The notes: generated by a model from the sequence alone, not told the origin. Positions 1 through 9,252 are shown, counted from the first letter of the stretch. The stretch: 64,000 nucleotides of DNA from an uncultured bacterium (GCA_965602905.1 CBFCZY010000016.1:2280-66279); one strand, 5' to 3'. Numbers and translations are program-made.

Positions 1-587
1 ACCACCACCGTTAAGATGATACCTACTAATATAAATATCAAAACTGAGCCAAAACCAAAGCCTGTGTATTGGGCTAAAAAAGCCACGCCTTCGGGGTTTG
101 ATTTTATATCTGGTACAGCTCCTTTTACGAGGTCCAAGCCCATAAAGACCAAACCAAAACCCATTAAGGCCCCACCCCACTGCTTATGTTTGGCAGTTGA
201 AGAAAATAAGAGGGGGATGGAAATTGCGATTGCAGGCATATAAAGACCACTGATTTTGAATTTAAACCCCAATATTGCCACGGCCCAAAAGGTAAAGGTT
301 GTGCCCAGATTGGCACCCATAATAACGCCTACCGCCTCTTTGAGTTTGAGCAGGCGAGCGTGCACAAAACTCACCACCAATACTGTGGTGGCAGAAGAGG
401 ATTGGATGATGCTGGTGATCATCACACCTGTGGCAACAGCGCCCAAGCGGGTTTTTGTAGCGGCTTTTATGGCTTGGCGCAGGCGTTCGCCTTTTAAACT
501 TAATATGGCTTCACTTAAGAGCTTTAAACCAAAGAAAAAGACACCGAGACTGCCTAAAACCTCGATGATTTTATTTGCATATTCCAT
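1..587 (-). CDS. Na+/phosphate cotransporter family protein (NptA/YjbB-like), partial; C-terminus lies beyond the left edge of the window
   Basis: Absent from the ORF track because it has no stop in the window. Reverse-strand translation from ATG (587-585) reads MEYANKIIEVLGSLGVFFFGLKLLSEAILSLKGERLRQAIK..VMITSIIQSSSATTVLVVSFV..VIMGANLGTTFTFWAVAILGFKFKISG... The IQSSSATT and GANxGTT motifs are signatures of the Na_Pi_cotrans family, and the frame stays open to position 1. Confidence 0.85.
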   Translation of the reverse strand, partial: MEYANKIIEVLGSLGVFFFGLKLLSEAILSLKGERLRQAIKAATKTRLGAVATGVMITSIIQSSSATTVLVVSFVHARLLKLKEAVGVIMGANLGTTFTFWAVAILGFKFKISGLYMPAIAISIPLLFSSTAKHKQWGGALMGFGLVFMGLDLVKGAVPDIKSNPEGVAFLAQYTGFGFGSVLIFILVGIILTVV

Positions 588-705
588 TGTTTTAACTTGA
601 ACACTGTAAAAATCAATTCTCTATTTAACCTTACCTTGAATTGCCCTTCTTGAAAAGAAGAAGGTTCGGGCTTTTGGGCTGACTTGACAAAGTAACTTCT
701 ACGAT

Positions 706-727
706 TCATCATTTAGCTAAACTACGA
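706..727. promoter_or_regulatory. Imperfect 11-0-11 inverted repeat (TCATCATTTAG|CTAAACTACGA, core perfect palindrome TTTAGCTAAA); candidate ArsR operator
   Basis: Seen directly 12 nt upstream of the arsR ATG. A perfect TTGACA -35-like hexamer lies at 684-689. ArsR/SmtB repressors bind imperfect inverted repeats overlapping their own promoter. No good -10 hexamer was identified. Confidence 0.35.
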
Positions 728-738
728 ATTGATAAAAA

Positions 739-1089
739 ATGAAAGAACTCGCAAAAATATTTAAATCCCTAAGCGACCCAAATCGACTTCGCATTCTTAA
801 AATGTTAGAGGCCAGACCCCTGTGCAACTGTGAGATCCAAGAGGTTTTGGGTCTGGCAGGCTCTACCGTGTCCAAGCATTTGGCATTACTGCGTGACTCG
901 GGACTTTTGGAAGATGAGCGTAAGGGTAAATGGGTGATCTACAGCCTAGCCACAGACCAGACAGACCTCTACTCACCCCTTCTGCTAGAGGCTGTGAACC
1001 TGTGGCTCAATGATGAGCCCCAAGTGAGTGATGATTTAGCCCAAGTGGAGGCCATGAAAGGCAAATTCTTTTGCGAGACAGGAGAATAG
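739..1089 (+). CDS. arsR: ArsR/SmtB family metalloregulatory transcriptional repressor
   Basis: 116 aa. Shows LSDPNRLRILKML and a winged HTH (GSTVSKHLALLRDSGLL). The vicinal Cys motif PLCNCEI occupies the position of the As(III)-binding ELCVCDL motif. First gene of the ars cluster. Confidence 0.85.
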   Translation: MKELAKIFKSLSDPNRLRILKMLEARPLCNCEIQEVLGLAGSTVSKHLALLRDSGLLEDERKGKWVIYSLATDQTDLYSPLLLEAVNLWLNDEPQVSDDLAQVEAMKGKFFCETGE

Positions 1090-2103
1090 ATGTTTCAAAT
1101 ATTTACAGATCTAGCCACAGGGGCTGTCAAATTAATGGGGATCGACCTAGAATCAAAGCTCGGCTCCAGTCTCCATTTTTTCATTGAAGATGTGACCAAA
1201 ATCATGGTCTTGCTGGTGGTGATGATTTACCTCATAGCTATCTTGCGGGCCTCCTTAAATATTGAAAAGGTCAGGGATTTTTTACAAAAAAGACACCCTC
1301 TTTTAGGCTACGCCTTTGGTGCCATTTTTGGGGCGATCACCCCCTTTTGTTCTTGCTCTTCTATTCCTCTATTTTTAGGTTTTACCACAGCACGCATCCC
1401 CGTGGGCATATCCTTAGCCTTTTTGATCACCTCACCGATGATCAATGAAGTTGCCATTGTGTTACTCGGTAGTTTGCTCGGTTTTCGTTTTACCTTGGTT
1501 TATGTGACCGTGGGCTTGATAGTGGGCATGGCGTCAGGTGCCTTACTGGATTTTTTCAAGGCGGAGCGTTATCTAAAACCCTTTTTAAAAGACGCCCTAA
1601 AAGAACAGGAAAATGCAGCAGCGGGCGGCACAGCCGAGCCAGAACATCTGGAGGAAAGCCCCTCTTTAACTTTGCTAGATCGGCATGCATACGCCAAAGA
1701 TGAACTTTTTGAAATCATGGGTCGCATTTGGAAATGGGTGTTTATTGGCATAGGCATAGGCGCTATTTTCCATGGCTTTGTCCCTGAATCTTGGGTGACG
1801 AGTAACCTTGGCGCTGGCCAGTGGTGGTCGGTTCCTATTGCGGTTTTTGTTGGTATTCCCCTTTATTCAAATGCCACAGGGATGATTCCCATCATGGAAA
1901 GCCTAATATTAAAGGGGTTGCCTATAGGCACGACCTTGGCCTTTTCTATGAGTGTCGTTGCTGCAAGCTTCCCTGAATTTGTTTTACTCAAGCAGGTAAT
2001 GGAGTGGCGTTTGCTCGCTATGCTCTGGGTTACTTTACTCTGCGCATTTATTTTGGTCGGTTGGTTTTTTAATGCCTTCTGGCCCATCATTGACTCACTC
2101 TAA
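1090..2103 (+). CDS. arsP: Permease of the ArsP / PF03773 family (putative organoarsenical efflux permease)
   Basis: 337 aa polytopic membrane protein. The ITPFCSCSSIP motif matches the (T/M)PFCSCS vicinal-cysteine motif described for Campylobacter ArsP. The ATG directly abuts the arsR stop (TAGATG), and a redox-active-disulfide thioredoxin-like gene follows, as is typical for this family. Confidence 0.6.
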   Translation: MFQIFTDLATGAVKLMGIDLESKLGSSLHFFIEDVTKIMVLLVVMIYLIAILRASLNIEKVRDFLQKRHPLLGYAFGAIFGAITPFCSCSSIPLFLGFTTARIPVGISLAFLITSPMINEVAIVLLGSLLGFRFTLVYVTVGLIVGMASGALLDFFKAERYLKPFLKDALKEQENAAAGGTAEPEHLEESPSLTLLDRHAYAKDELFEIMGRIWKWVFIGIGIGAIFHGFVPESWVTSNLGAGQWWSVPIAVFVGIPLYSNATGMIPIMESLILKGLPIGTTLAFSMSVVAASFPEFVLLKQVMEWRLLAMLWVTLLCAFILVGWFFNAFWPIIDSL

Positions 2104-2112
2104 AAGGAAAAA

Positions 2113-2343
2113 ATGAAATCAATTAAGGTATTGGGTTCAGGCTGCGCAAAATGCAACCAAACAGCAGACATTATTAAAGAAATTGCCCAACAAGAAGGGG
2201 CGGAAATCGACTTGCAAAAGGTTACAGATCCTATACAAATTATGCAGTATAAGGCCTTGAGCACCCCTGCTGTTGTTGTGGATGAAAAGCTTGTCCATTC
2301 AGGCTCTATCCCCAAAAAAGAGAAAATACTAACTTGGCTATAA
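2113..2343 (+). CDS. Thioredoxin-fold small protein (redox-active disulfide protein 2 type)
   Basis: 76 aa. MKSIKVLGSGCAKCNQT carries an N-terminal CxxC at the position typical of the TIGR00412/Thioredoxin_3 family. AAGGAAAAAATG ribosome-binding context. Confidence 0.8.
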   Translation: MKSIKVLGSGCAKCNQTADIIKEIAQQEGAEIDLQKVTDPIQIMQYKALSTPAVVVDEKLVHSGSIPKKEKILTWL

Positions 2344-2356
2344 AAGGAGAGTGATC

Positions 2357-2692
2357 ATGGATCAATTAGACACAAAAACCGTCTCAATGATTTCTTTGGC
2401 CGCAGGGATTGCCTGCAACCATCCTGCAATGGGTCAGTGCCAACTGAAACGCTTGCGTGATCTTGGGGTGAGTGAAGATGATTTGAATGCCCTAGTTGAA
2501 ATCGCGAGGCACATTCGAGACGAGGCGCACCAAGAGCTAGATCATAAATTTGACCAAGCGGCGGAGCTTGGGCAAGCAGATGGTTCACAAAAACCAGATG
2601 AGCCCCCAACTCCTCTAAATGTGGCCAGCCCCAAAGAAACCTCAGAAGCCTGTGGCTGCACTCCCACAAAAAGTGGGCAGAGTTGCTGTTAA
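2357..2692 (+). CDS. Small AhpD/carboxymuconolactone-decarboxylase-like protein with a Cys-rich C-terminal tail
   Basis: Start moved to ATG 2357, 6 nt after the AAGGAGA RBS; the track's GTG 2351 abuts the RBS. ISLAAGIACNHPAMGQC..LGVSEDDLNALVEIA resembles the CMD helical motif. The tail CGCTPTKSGQSCC holds 4 Cys in 13 residues. The assignment is tentative. Confidence 0.45.
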   Translation: MDQLDTKTVSMISLAAGIACNHPAMGQCQLKRLRDLGVSEDDLNALVEIARHIRDEAHQELDHKFDQAAELGQADGSQKPDEPPTPLNVASPKETSEACGCTPTKSGQSCC

Positions 2693-2696
2693 AGGA

Positions 2697-3110
2697 ATGA
2701 TGAAAGTACTCATACTTTGCACCGGGAATTCTTGCCGCAGCCAGATGGCAGAGGGAATATTGCAAGCTATAAAAAGCAACTGGCAAGTCTGTTCTGCAGG
2801 TACAAAACCTAGCAACGAGGTTCATCCCTTGGCTGTGATGGTAATGGCCGAGGCGGGTATTGACTTATCCAGTCATAAACCTGAATCAGTTGAAAAGTAT
2901 CTGGATGAAGAGTGGGATCTGATTTGGACTGTCTGTGGAGGAGCAAAGGAAATTTGTCCTGCTTTCTCGGGAATAGTGAAGGAAAGAATTCATATTGGTT
3001 TTGATGACCCTGCAGGATTTACCGGCAGCCCAGAAAATATTCTGGGCGGCTTTAGAAGGGTTCAGGCCCAGATCAACGAAACATGCAGGGAAATTGCGGG
3101 AAAATACTAG
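2697..3110 (+). CDS. arsC: Arsenate reductase, LMW-PTPase / thioredoxin-coupled type
   Basis: MMKVLILCTGNSCRSQMAEG contains the CX5R(S/T) P-loop, and VCGGAKEIC gives the second and third Cys spaced as in pI258 ArsC. In-frame ATG at 2697 was chosen because the track's longer ORF (2619) overlaps the upstream gene and its extra residues look non-protein-like. Confidence 0.9.
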   Translation: MMKVLILCTGNSCRSQMAEGILQAIKSNWQVCSAGTKPSNEVHPLAVMVMAEAGIDLSSHKPESVEKYLDEEWDLIWTVCGGAKEICPAFSGIVKERIHIGFDDPAGFTGSPENILGGFRRVQAQINETCREIAGKY

Positions 3111-3155
3111 CTGAGCAAAAAAGTAGACCGAAGCCTTGATAGGCTGCTGGGCTTT

Positions 3156-3599
3156 TCAACTTGGGCTTTTTTCTATTTCTTGGGCAATTTGCAGGGCCGC
3201 ATTTTCTAAGAAGGTACGCTCCTCCTCTGTAAAGGCATGGTCACGCAAGACCATGCAGTTAAAATTGACCGTTCCCCACACTTTCCCCTCTACCATGATG
3301 GGGCTACTGATGTAGGCCTCCAAAGCCATGGAATCGTATAGAGGATGCAGTTTTAAACCTGGGCACCCGTCAATTTCTGTTAGGGCAATGGTTCTTTTTT
3401 CCTTATAAACCTGCCTACAATAGGTTGCTTCCAGTGGGAAGGTTTCCCCAGCAACAAAAACCTCCGCTTCAGAAGAAACGGCAACCAGTTCATAATTTCC
3501 CTCTTCAATATGGCTTACTATCCCCATTGTAAGGCCCAGTTTTTCTCGGCCTTCCTTGAGTAGTTTATTGCTGAAACTATTGAGATCTGCTGAAAACAT
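3156..3599 (-). CDS. Stand-alone GAF domain protein
   Basis: 147 aa. The pattern GIVSHIEEGNYELVAV..ATYC..ALTEID..HPLY..LEAYISSPIMVEGKVWGTVNF is typical of a single GAF fold. No other domain is present. Confidence 0.7.
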   Translation of the reverse strand: MFSADLNSFSNKLLKEGREKLGLTMGIVSHIEEGNYELVAVSSEAEVFVAGETFPLEATYCRQVYKEKRTIALTEIDGCPGLKLHPLYDSMALEAYISSPIMVEGKVWGTVNFNCMVLRDHAFTEEERTFLENAALQIAQEIEKSPS

Positions 3600-3889
3600 C
3601 CTTCTCCTTTTTGATTCGATTAAGACGTTAAAGATGGATTAAGGTCTAGATTTTTGTGAAATTATCTCATGTTTTACCTAAAATCGGAATAAATATTTTC
3701 CGAGAAGGTAAGATTTATCTCATTTTCATAGGGGAAAAACCTTATTTTAAGTGAAAAATGTGTCTGAAATAAGGCCCTTGGCCCCACTAAAGGGAACCTG
3801 AACTAAAAATTAACATAACCTTAACAGAATCTAAATCTTTAACCTCTAGCCTTGGACGTAAAAACACACATAAATAAAGCCCATTCAAA

Positions 3890-6800
3890 ATGAAACTCAA
3901 GTCCATGAAGTCCAAATCCATCAGGGGAAAAATCAACTTCCTCCTCATTACCATCTCAGCCCTTTTTTTAGGGGCCATGGCTACGGTCGGCTGGAGCTAT
4001 TTCCAGATGTGGAATAACTACAAGGCTGTTGATAACAGCCGAAAACTCCAAATAAAAATTGAGGCCATCAGGAAAAATGTCGATGAGGCTAGGGTAATTG
4101 AAGGCCAGTTTTTACACCAAAAAAAGGATCACCTAAGAGACGAATTTGAAGAGCGATTGGGCAGGGCCTTAAATGATGTTGCTGAACTGATAGAAGACAA
4201 ACAAACCCCTGAAATGTCGCCCAAGCTGGTCGCTGTAGAGGAGGTTTTAGACAGCTACCAAATGGGTTTTGATAAGGTTGCCAGCCTGTATAAAAATGTG
4301 GGCTACAGTCTAATCGAGGGCTACAGAGGCCGCTTAAAGAAAAATAGCGATGAAATTAACGAGGTGATTGTCAAGCTGAAGGATAGGGCCATCATGTGGA
4401 ACTGGATGCAAGTCCAACTGCGAGAAAAAAACTACTTCCAGCTCCAAGGAGCGCCACAAGGTGGGGGGCAGTTAGCGCTTAAAAATCTTTTGAAAAGTGA
4501 GTTGCAGGCTTTAAAGGGGAAGCTCACAAAAAAACTAGGTAAGAATCATAAAATTGTTGAGCCAGCAGGCCTTTTAGATGGTTATATTAGCAATTTTGAT
4601 CGGGTTAGGTTTTACGAAACCGAAGTGCGAGACACAAAGCAAAAATTTGATGCAGAAATGGCGGCCTTGCCCCAACTTTTAACTTCACTGGAAGGGGAAC
4701 ACCGAGCCCAAGAAACCCAAATTTTTGGACAAGTGAAGCTGTTGCTCACGGTTATTACTTGGGCATTGGGGGGCATATTTTTCGGGGTGGTCGCTTACCT
4801 CTTTAAAATTTCTAGATGGGTGGGTGCAGAGATTTCTCAACCTTTAGAATCCATAACTGAAGCCAGTGTGGCCATGGCGCAGGGATGTGTAAATAAACCC
4901 TTAGCCTTTACGACAGATGATGAAATTGGTCGCCTTGCCACCAATTTTAACCTGATGCAGGAATCTGTGAAGGAGAAAATTCAATCCTTAGAGATCTTAA
5001 ATAGTCTCTCTGAAAAAATGATGGGCTTGAGCAAAAATCGTGAGATTTTAGAATTATCCCTAGATACCTTGACCGAGAAATTTGCCTCAAAATTTGATGT
5101 CAAATTCGGGTTTGCTTATCTTTACAATTCAAAAGGCCAGTTGCGCCTGAAAGGCAAAAGGGATGGTGGGCTGAGTTCGAGGCTACCCTTACAACTTGCA
5201 GAGCCAGTGGGCTTTGTTGCAGATGCCGTTGAGTCAGACCAAGCCTTGGTTCTTAAGTCTGATTTTAAACACCACGAAGACTTTTATTTTTTAAACGACC
5301 AAGTGGTGGTCGCTCTACCGATCCAGATTCAAGGTGAGTCTATTGGGGTCTTGTCTTTGGTAATTGGTTCAAGAGATTTTGTTTTCGACAGTGAAATGAA
5401 ATTTTTGGTCAACACCTTAGGGCGGATAATTTCTGCTAACCTGCAAAATGTCCAGATGATGAAGCAGATCAAAAAGCACAATCAGAGCTTAGAAACAAAG
5501 GTCAAGGCTCGGACTCAAGACGTGATGGAGCTTCTAGATAACGCAGGTCAGGGGTTTTTGGTTTTTAAGAAAGACTATAAAATTATGCCCAGTTATTCTA
5601 AGGTTTGCTTTAATCTTCTCAGTGGACACATGCAAGAGAACACGACAGACCTGACAGGATTAAAGATTACCGAGCTTCTCTTTCAAAAAAGTGATAGAGA
5701 AATGTTTACGGAATTTTTAAACCTGATTTTTGATGACTATAAAAAGAATTCCCACGGCTTTCACTTTTTACCTACAGAGTTAAACGTAGGGGATAAGATT
5801 TTAGAAAGCCGCTTTCAGCCCCTAATGGATGAATCTGGGGAGTTGAAGGTGATGGTGATTTTATCTGATATTACCAAAGAAAAATCCTTGGCTCATGAAA
5901 AATTAATCAAAGAGGAAAATAACCGCCTCTTGGTTCAGGTAGTCTCTGATAAAACAGGAACCCAGATCTTTTTAAGAGAAACAGATAAGCTTTTTTGGTG
6001 GCTCCAAGAAGGCACTGCAACCCAGTTCCAACAAGCATTGGTAATGCGTAGCCTCCACACCTTAAAGGGCAATTGTGCAAGCTTTGGCTTTACTCAAGTT
6101 TCAGCCTTAGCCCATAAAATTGAAAGTAGTATCCAAGAAAAAAATCCTTTTGACTTGGCCGCTTTGGAACGTTTAAGAATCGATTTGCAGGGGCTAGAGG
6201 CCAAGTTTAGGGATAAGGTAGCGGAACTTACAGAGCTGATTCCAGAGTTTTTAAAGGAGTCTGACAAGTTAGAAATTGCCCCACAAAAAATGGAACAGTT
6301 TAAATTGTCACTACTCACAAAAGTGAAAGAAGAGCACAAAGAAATAGTGATAGAAGAATTCACTAGCCTGCTTTACCAACAGGTAAACAAACTCCTAAAG
6401 GGTTACCCCAAAATGGTGCAAGATGTTGCCGACTCTTTGGGCAAAGAGATTGAATTTAGTGTAGAAGGCGGGGAAGTGGAGGCCGACCTAAACAGCCTAA
6501 CCCCCGTATTTTCAAACTTAGGGCATTTGGTGAAAAATGCCATTGACCACGGTATTGAAGAGTATGACACCAGAATCAAACTGGGCAAAAAAGAGGCAGG
6601 GAAATTACAGATCTCTATTTACGAAACAGAGCAAAATCTTATTTTAAAAATCACCGATGATGGCGCTGGAATGGACCCTGAAAAAATTCGCAAGTCAGCC
6701 GTTGCCAAGGGGATTTTAACGGAACAATCTTCTAAAAAATTAAGTGAGAAAGAAATTCTCCCTTTAATTTTCCATTCTGGGTTCACCACCAAAGACTCGG

Positions 6801-6982
6801 TGAGTCATATCTCTGGCAGGGGTGTGGGCATGGATGCTGTGAAAAATGCAGTGGAAGAATGTGGCGGAACCATTGCGATCACAAGCCAATTGGGCAAAGG
6901 CACCATATTTGAGATCCAACTGCCCTTAAGGGTAAGAAGATTTGGGCAGGCCGCTTTCCCTAAAGAAAAGAAACTGGCCTAA
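3890..6982 (+). CDS. Membrane sensor kinase with CheA-type core (TM-periplasmic helical domain-TM-HAMP-GAF-PAS-like-Hpt-HATPase); no CheW-like P5 domain
   Basis: 1030 aa with two TM segments (aa ~15-38 and ~284-305). HAMP is marked by DEIGRLATNFNLM. The Hpt motif is SLHTLKGNCASFGF. The CheA-type N-box is NLGHLVKNAIDHGIE, with G-boxes DDGAGMD and GRGVGMDAVKN. The protein ends about 20 aa after the ATPase domain. Confidence 0.8.
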   Translation: MKLKSMKSKSIRGKINFLLITISALFLGAMATVGWSYFQMWNNYKAVDNSRKLQIKIEAIRKNVDEARVIEGQFLHQKKDHLRDEFEERLGRALNDVAELIEDKQTPEMSPKLVAVEEVLDSYQMGFDKVASLYKNVGYSLIEGYRGRLKKNSDEINEVIVKLKDRAIMWNWMQVQLREKNYFQLQGAPQGGGQLALKNLLKSELQALKGKLTKKLGKNHKIVEPAGLLDGYISNFDRVRFYETEVRDTKQKFDAEMAALPQLLTSLEGEHRAQETQIFGQVKLLLTVITWALGGIFFGVVAYLFKISRWVGAEISQPLESITEASVAMAQGCVNKPLAFTTDDEIGRLATNFNLMQESVKEKIQSLEILNSLSEKMMGLSKNREILELSLDTLTEKFASKFDVKFGFAYLYNSKGQLRLKGKRDGGLSSRLPLQLAEPVGFVADAVESDQALVLKSDFKHHEDFYFLNDQVVVALPIQIQGESIGVLSLVIGSRDFVFDSEMKFLVNTLGRIISANLQNVQMMKQIKKHNQSLETKVKARTQDVMELLDNAGQGFLVFKKDYKIMPSYSKVCFNLLSGHMQENTTDLTGLKITELLFQKSDREMFTEFLNLIFDDYKKNSHGFHFLPTELNVGDKILESRFQPLMDESGELKVMVILSDITKEKSLAHEKLIKEENNRLLVQVVSDKTGTQIFLRETDKLFWWLQEGTATQFQQALVMRSLHTLKGNCASFGFTQVSALAHKIESSIQEKNPFDLAALERLRIDLQGLEAKFRDKVAELTELIPEFLKESDKLEIAPQKMEQFKLSLLTKVKEEHKEIVIEEFTSLLYQQVNKLLKGYPKMVQDVADSLGKEIEFSVEGGEVEADLNSLTPVFSNLGHLVKNAIDHGIEEYDTRIKLGKKEAGKLQISIYETEQNLILKITDDGAGMDPEKIRKSAVAKGILTEQSSKKLSEKEILPLIFHSGFTTKDSVSHISGRGVGMDAVKNAVEECGGTIAITSQLGKGTIFEIQLPLRVRRFGQAAFPKEKKLA

Positions 6983-7222
6983 GTCATTCAAGTCGCTCGC
7001 TTGAAAGAATTGCTTAACTATGCGAAAATAAACTAATTTCTACCTGAGCTATGCCGACAATGCGACTATAACGATTCCTTTTCTTTTGGTTTTTGAACCA
7101 GTTTTTCCTCAATTGGAGAAATAAAGGGATTATTGTGTCGTTTGTTTTTTTAGGTATTTCCTACTTCTACGCCAGCCTTCGGACATCTTCCCTTTATTGC
7201 TCTTCCGCTATTAAAGGTCTAA

Positions 7223-8707
7223 ATGTCGCTACAGTTTTCCTCTATTACCTTTGCCTTTGAAGGGCAAAAGGCTATTTTTAACAATTTAAATCTTTCCTTT
7301 TCTAAGGGTTGGACCGGTGTTCTGGGGGCCAATGGCGCTGGGAAAACCAGCCTTTTACTTTTAGCCTTGGGGCTGTTGCGGCCTCAAAAGGGTTCTATCT
7401 TGGGGGCGAGTGATTGCCTCTATTTGAGCCAACGAGTCGATAGCCCACCTGAGCAATTGGGCGACCTGACCCAAATTACCGACGGCAATGCAGCAAAGCT
7501 TTGTGGCCTCTTGCAAATTGGGGCAGATTGGAATTCCCGTTGGGAGAGCCTCAGCCCAGGGGAGAAAAAAAGGGCCCAAGCGGCCTGCGCCTTATGGATG
7601 CCGCCTTCTGTTTTGCTTTTAGATGAGCCTAGCAATCATTTGGACTTAGAAACAAAACAAATCCTAATGCCATTGTTCCAGCAGTTTAAGGGAGTGGGCA
7701 TCTTAGTTTCTCACGACCGTAGCTGGCTAGAAAGCCTATGCAGCAATTTGGTTTGGTTAGAGCCCGACTCAAAACCCCTGTGGGCGCCAAATTTGGAGCA
7801 ACTGGAGGAGGCACAAACCCAAAAAAAAACGTCCCAGAAAAATGAATATAACAGGGTCCAAAGCGAACTAAACAACTTGCAGCAGCAATCGAGTCACTAC
7901 CGTGACCTTGCAAGCCGCAGCCACCAACTGCGCAGCAAAAGACATATTGCAAAAAAGGATCACGATGCCAAAGCCAAGATCAATGCCGCTAGGGTAACAG
8001 GGCGAGATGGCACGGCTGGTAAGTTGCTCAACCAGTTGCAAGGTCGTGCTGAACAAATGGGCGAAAAGCTGCAAGGGATTAAAATCAAACGTGACTATAG
8101 AGGGGAAATTTCCCAAGGCGGAGAAAGGGCAAAATCGAATTTACTCTTGCAACTGCCTCCAGGGAGACTCAAAATGGGTGACGACGTTTCATTGCAGTAC
8201 CCTCAATTGGAGATTACCCCAAAGGACCGCATCGGTATTGTCGGGCCAAATGGGGCTGGGAAATCGACCCTTTTAAATTTTATTGTCAGCAAATTGGACC
8301 TCCCCCCAAACCGAGTTTTGACCCTTCCGCAAGAAGTAACCTTGGAGGGAAATCAGGAGGTTGTAAGACAGTTAAAGTCCACGGCCCAAACAGAAAAGGG
8401 CAAGTTACTGAGTCTTGTCGGTCGCTTGGGAAGCGACCCAAAGGCACTGCTCCAAAGTGAGTTTCCTAGTCCAGGGGAAACCCGTAAGCTTTTAATTGCC
8501 AAAGGATTACTCTTAGACCCTTGGTTGATTGTCTTAGATGAGCCTACAAATCACTTGGACCTCCCTTCCATTTTAGCTTTGGAGCAGGCCCTCGCTCTCA
8601 GCCCTGTGGCCTTGCTTCTGGTGAGCCATGACCAAAATTTTTTAGACCGACTTTGTAATCAATTTTGGGAAATCAATGGAGGTTCTTTGACTGTGGAAGG
8701 GGCTTAA
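7223..8707 (+). CDS. ABC-F family ATPase (two ABC domains, no transmembrane domain)
   Basis: Walker A GANGAGKTSLL and GPNGAGKSTLL; signature LSPGEKKR and PSPGETRK; Walker B LLLDEPSNHLD and VLDEPTNHLD. A Q/K/R-rich helical linker separates the cassettes. Confidence 0.8.
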   Translation: MSLQFSSITFAFEGQKAIFNNLNLSFSKGWTGVLGANGAGKTSLLLLALGLLRPQKGSILGASDCLYLSQRVDSPPEQLGDLTQITDGNAAKLCGLLQIGADWNSRWESLSPGEKKRAQAACALWMPPSVLLLDEPSNHLDLETKQILMPLFQQFKGVGILVSHDRSWLESLCSNLVWLEPDSKPLWAPNLEQLEEAQTQKKTSQKNEYNRVQSELNNLQQQSSHYRDLASRSHQLRSKRHIAKKDHDAKAKINAARVTGRDGTAGKLLNQLQGRAEQMGEKLQGIKIKRDYRGEISQGGERAKSNLLLQLPPGRLKMGDDVSLQYPQLEITPKDRIGIVGPNGAGKSTLLNFIVSKLDLPPNRVLTLPQEVTLEGNQEVVRQLKSTAQTEKGKLLSLVGRLGSDPKALLQSEFPSPGETRKLLIAKGLLLDPWLIVLDEPTNHLDLPSILALEQALALSPVALLLVSHDQNFLDRLCNQFWEINGGSLTVEGA

Positions 8708-8819
8708 GTAGATATAATAAATGCGGAGACTGCAATAATGTTTGACCTTGTAGGCTTTTTTACTTACCTAATATCTGAATATACATATACTCAAGGAAAA
8801 AATAAATTTAGGAGAAAAA

Positions 8820-9131
8820 ATGAAACGAATGATGTCCCTTATTTTATGCCTCTTTTTTATGAGTCCCGTAGTTGGCTACTCTCAACCCAGTGGTAAGGCT
8901 CTTTTTAAAGATCTAGGTTGCGCCAACTGTCACGATGCAAATAGACAAAAAAAGCTGGGCCCTTTTCCCGTTATCAAGCTTCAGACGGCCAAGGAAATTG
9001 AAAAGGTTTTAGCTATCTATAAAGCGGGGAAACAACGTGGACCCATGTCTAAAGTGATGAGTGGAAACACAAATATTCAGAGGCTTACCAAGGCGGATAT
9101 GGCGGCACTGGCTAAGTTTTTAACCAAATAA
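8820..9131 (+). CDS. Small periplasmic mono-heme c-type cytochrome
   Basis: 103 aa with an N-terminal signal peptide (MKRMMSLILCLFFMSPVVGYS), a heme-binding CANCH motif and a distal Met candidate (GPMSKVM). AGGAGAAAAAATG RBS. Confidence 0.75.
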   Translation: MKRMMSLILCLFFMSPVVGYSQPSGKALFKDLGCANCHDANRQKKLGPFPVIKLQTAKEIEKVLAIYKAGKQRGPMSKVMSGNTNIQRLTKADMAALAKFLTK

Positions 9132-9196
9132 ATTCCCCCCTACTTCTGGCGACCTTGCAGCCTGACCTAAACAGCTTGCAAGCTTTCAGCCTATAG

Positions 9197-9242
9197 TTAC
9201 AGGCCCCAGCCTTTCCTCCAGGGGCCTGTAATTCTTATTTTT
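9197..9242. terminator. Bidirectional intrinsic terminator between convergent genes
   Basis: Perfect 11-bp stem TTACAGGCCCC / GGGGCCTGTAA (9197-9207 and 9221-9231) with a 13-nt loop, followed by TTCTTATTTTT. It sits between the cytochrome c stop (9131) and the kinase stop (9253). Confidence 0.6.
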
Positions 9243-9252
9243 GCTTGTATTT

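Noticed and set aside
16-600. Plus-strand ORFs of 75 aa and 114 aa listed in the track
   Set aside because: Their translations are low-complexity and protein-unlike. The opposite strand encodes an excellent Na/Pi-cotransporter match across the same bases, so these are antisense shadow ORFs.
2619-2696. 5' extension of the arsC ORF (track start 2619)
   Set aside because: The extension overlaps the 3' end of the upstream gene in another frame. It encodes non-homologous sequence (MWPAPKKPQKPVAALPQK...). The LMW-PTPase fold begins at the in-frame ATG at 2697.
2355-2825. 156-aa minus-strand ORF across the CMD-like/arsC junction. Similar antisense ORFs lie inside large genes (e.g. 17201-17638, 50104-50598, 60776-61126).
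   Set aside because: All lie antisense to genes with strong family signatures and have composition-biased translations with no recognisable motifs.
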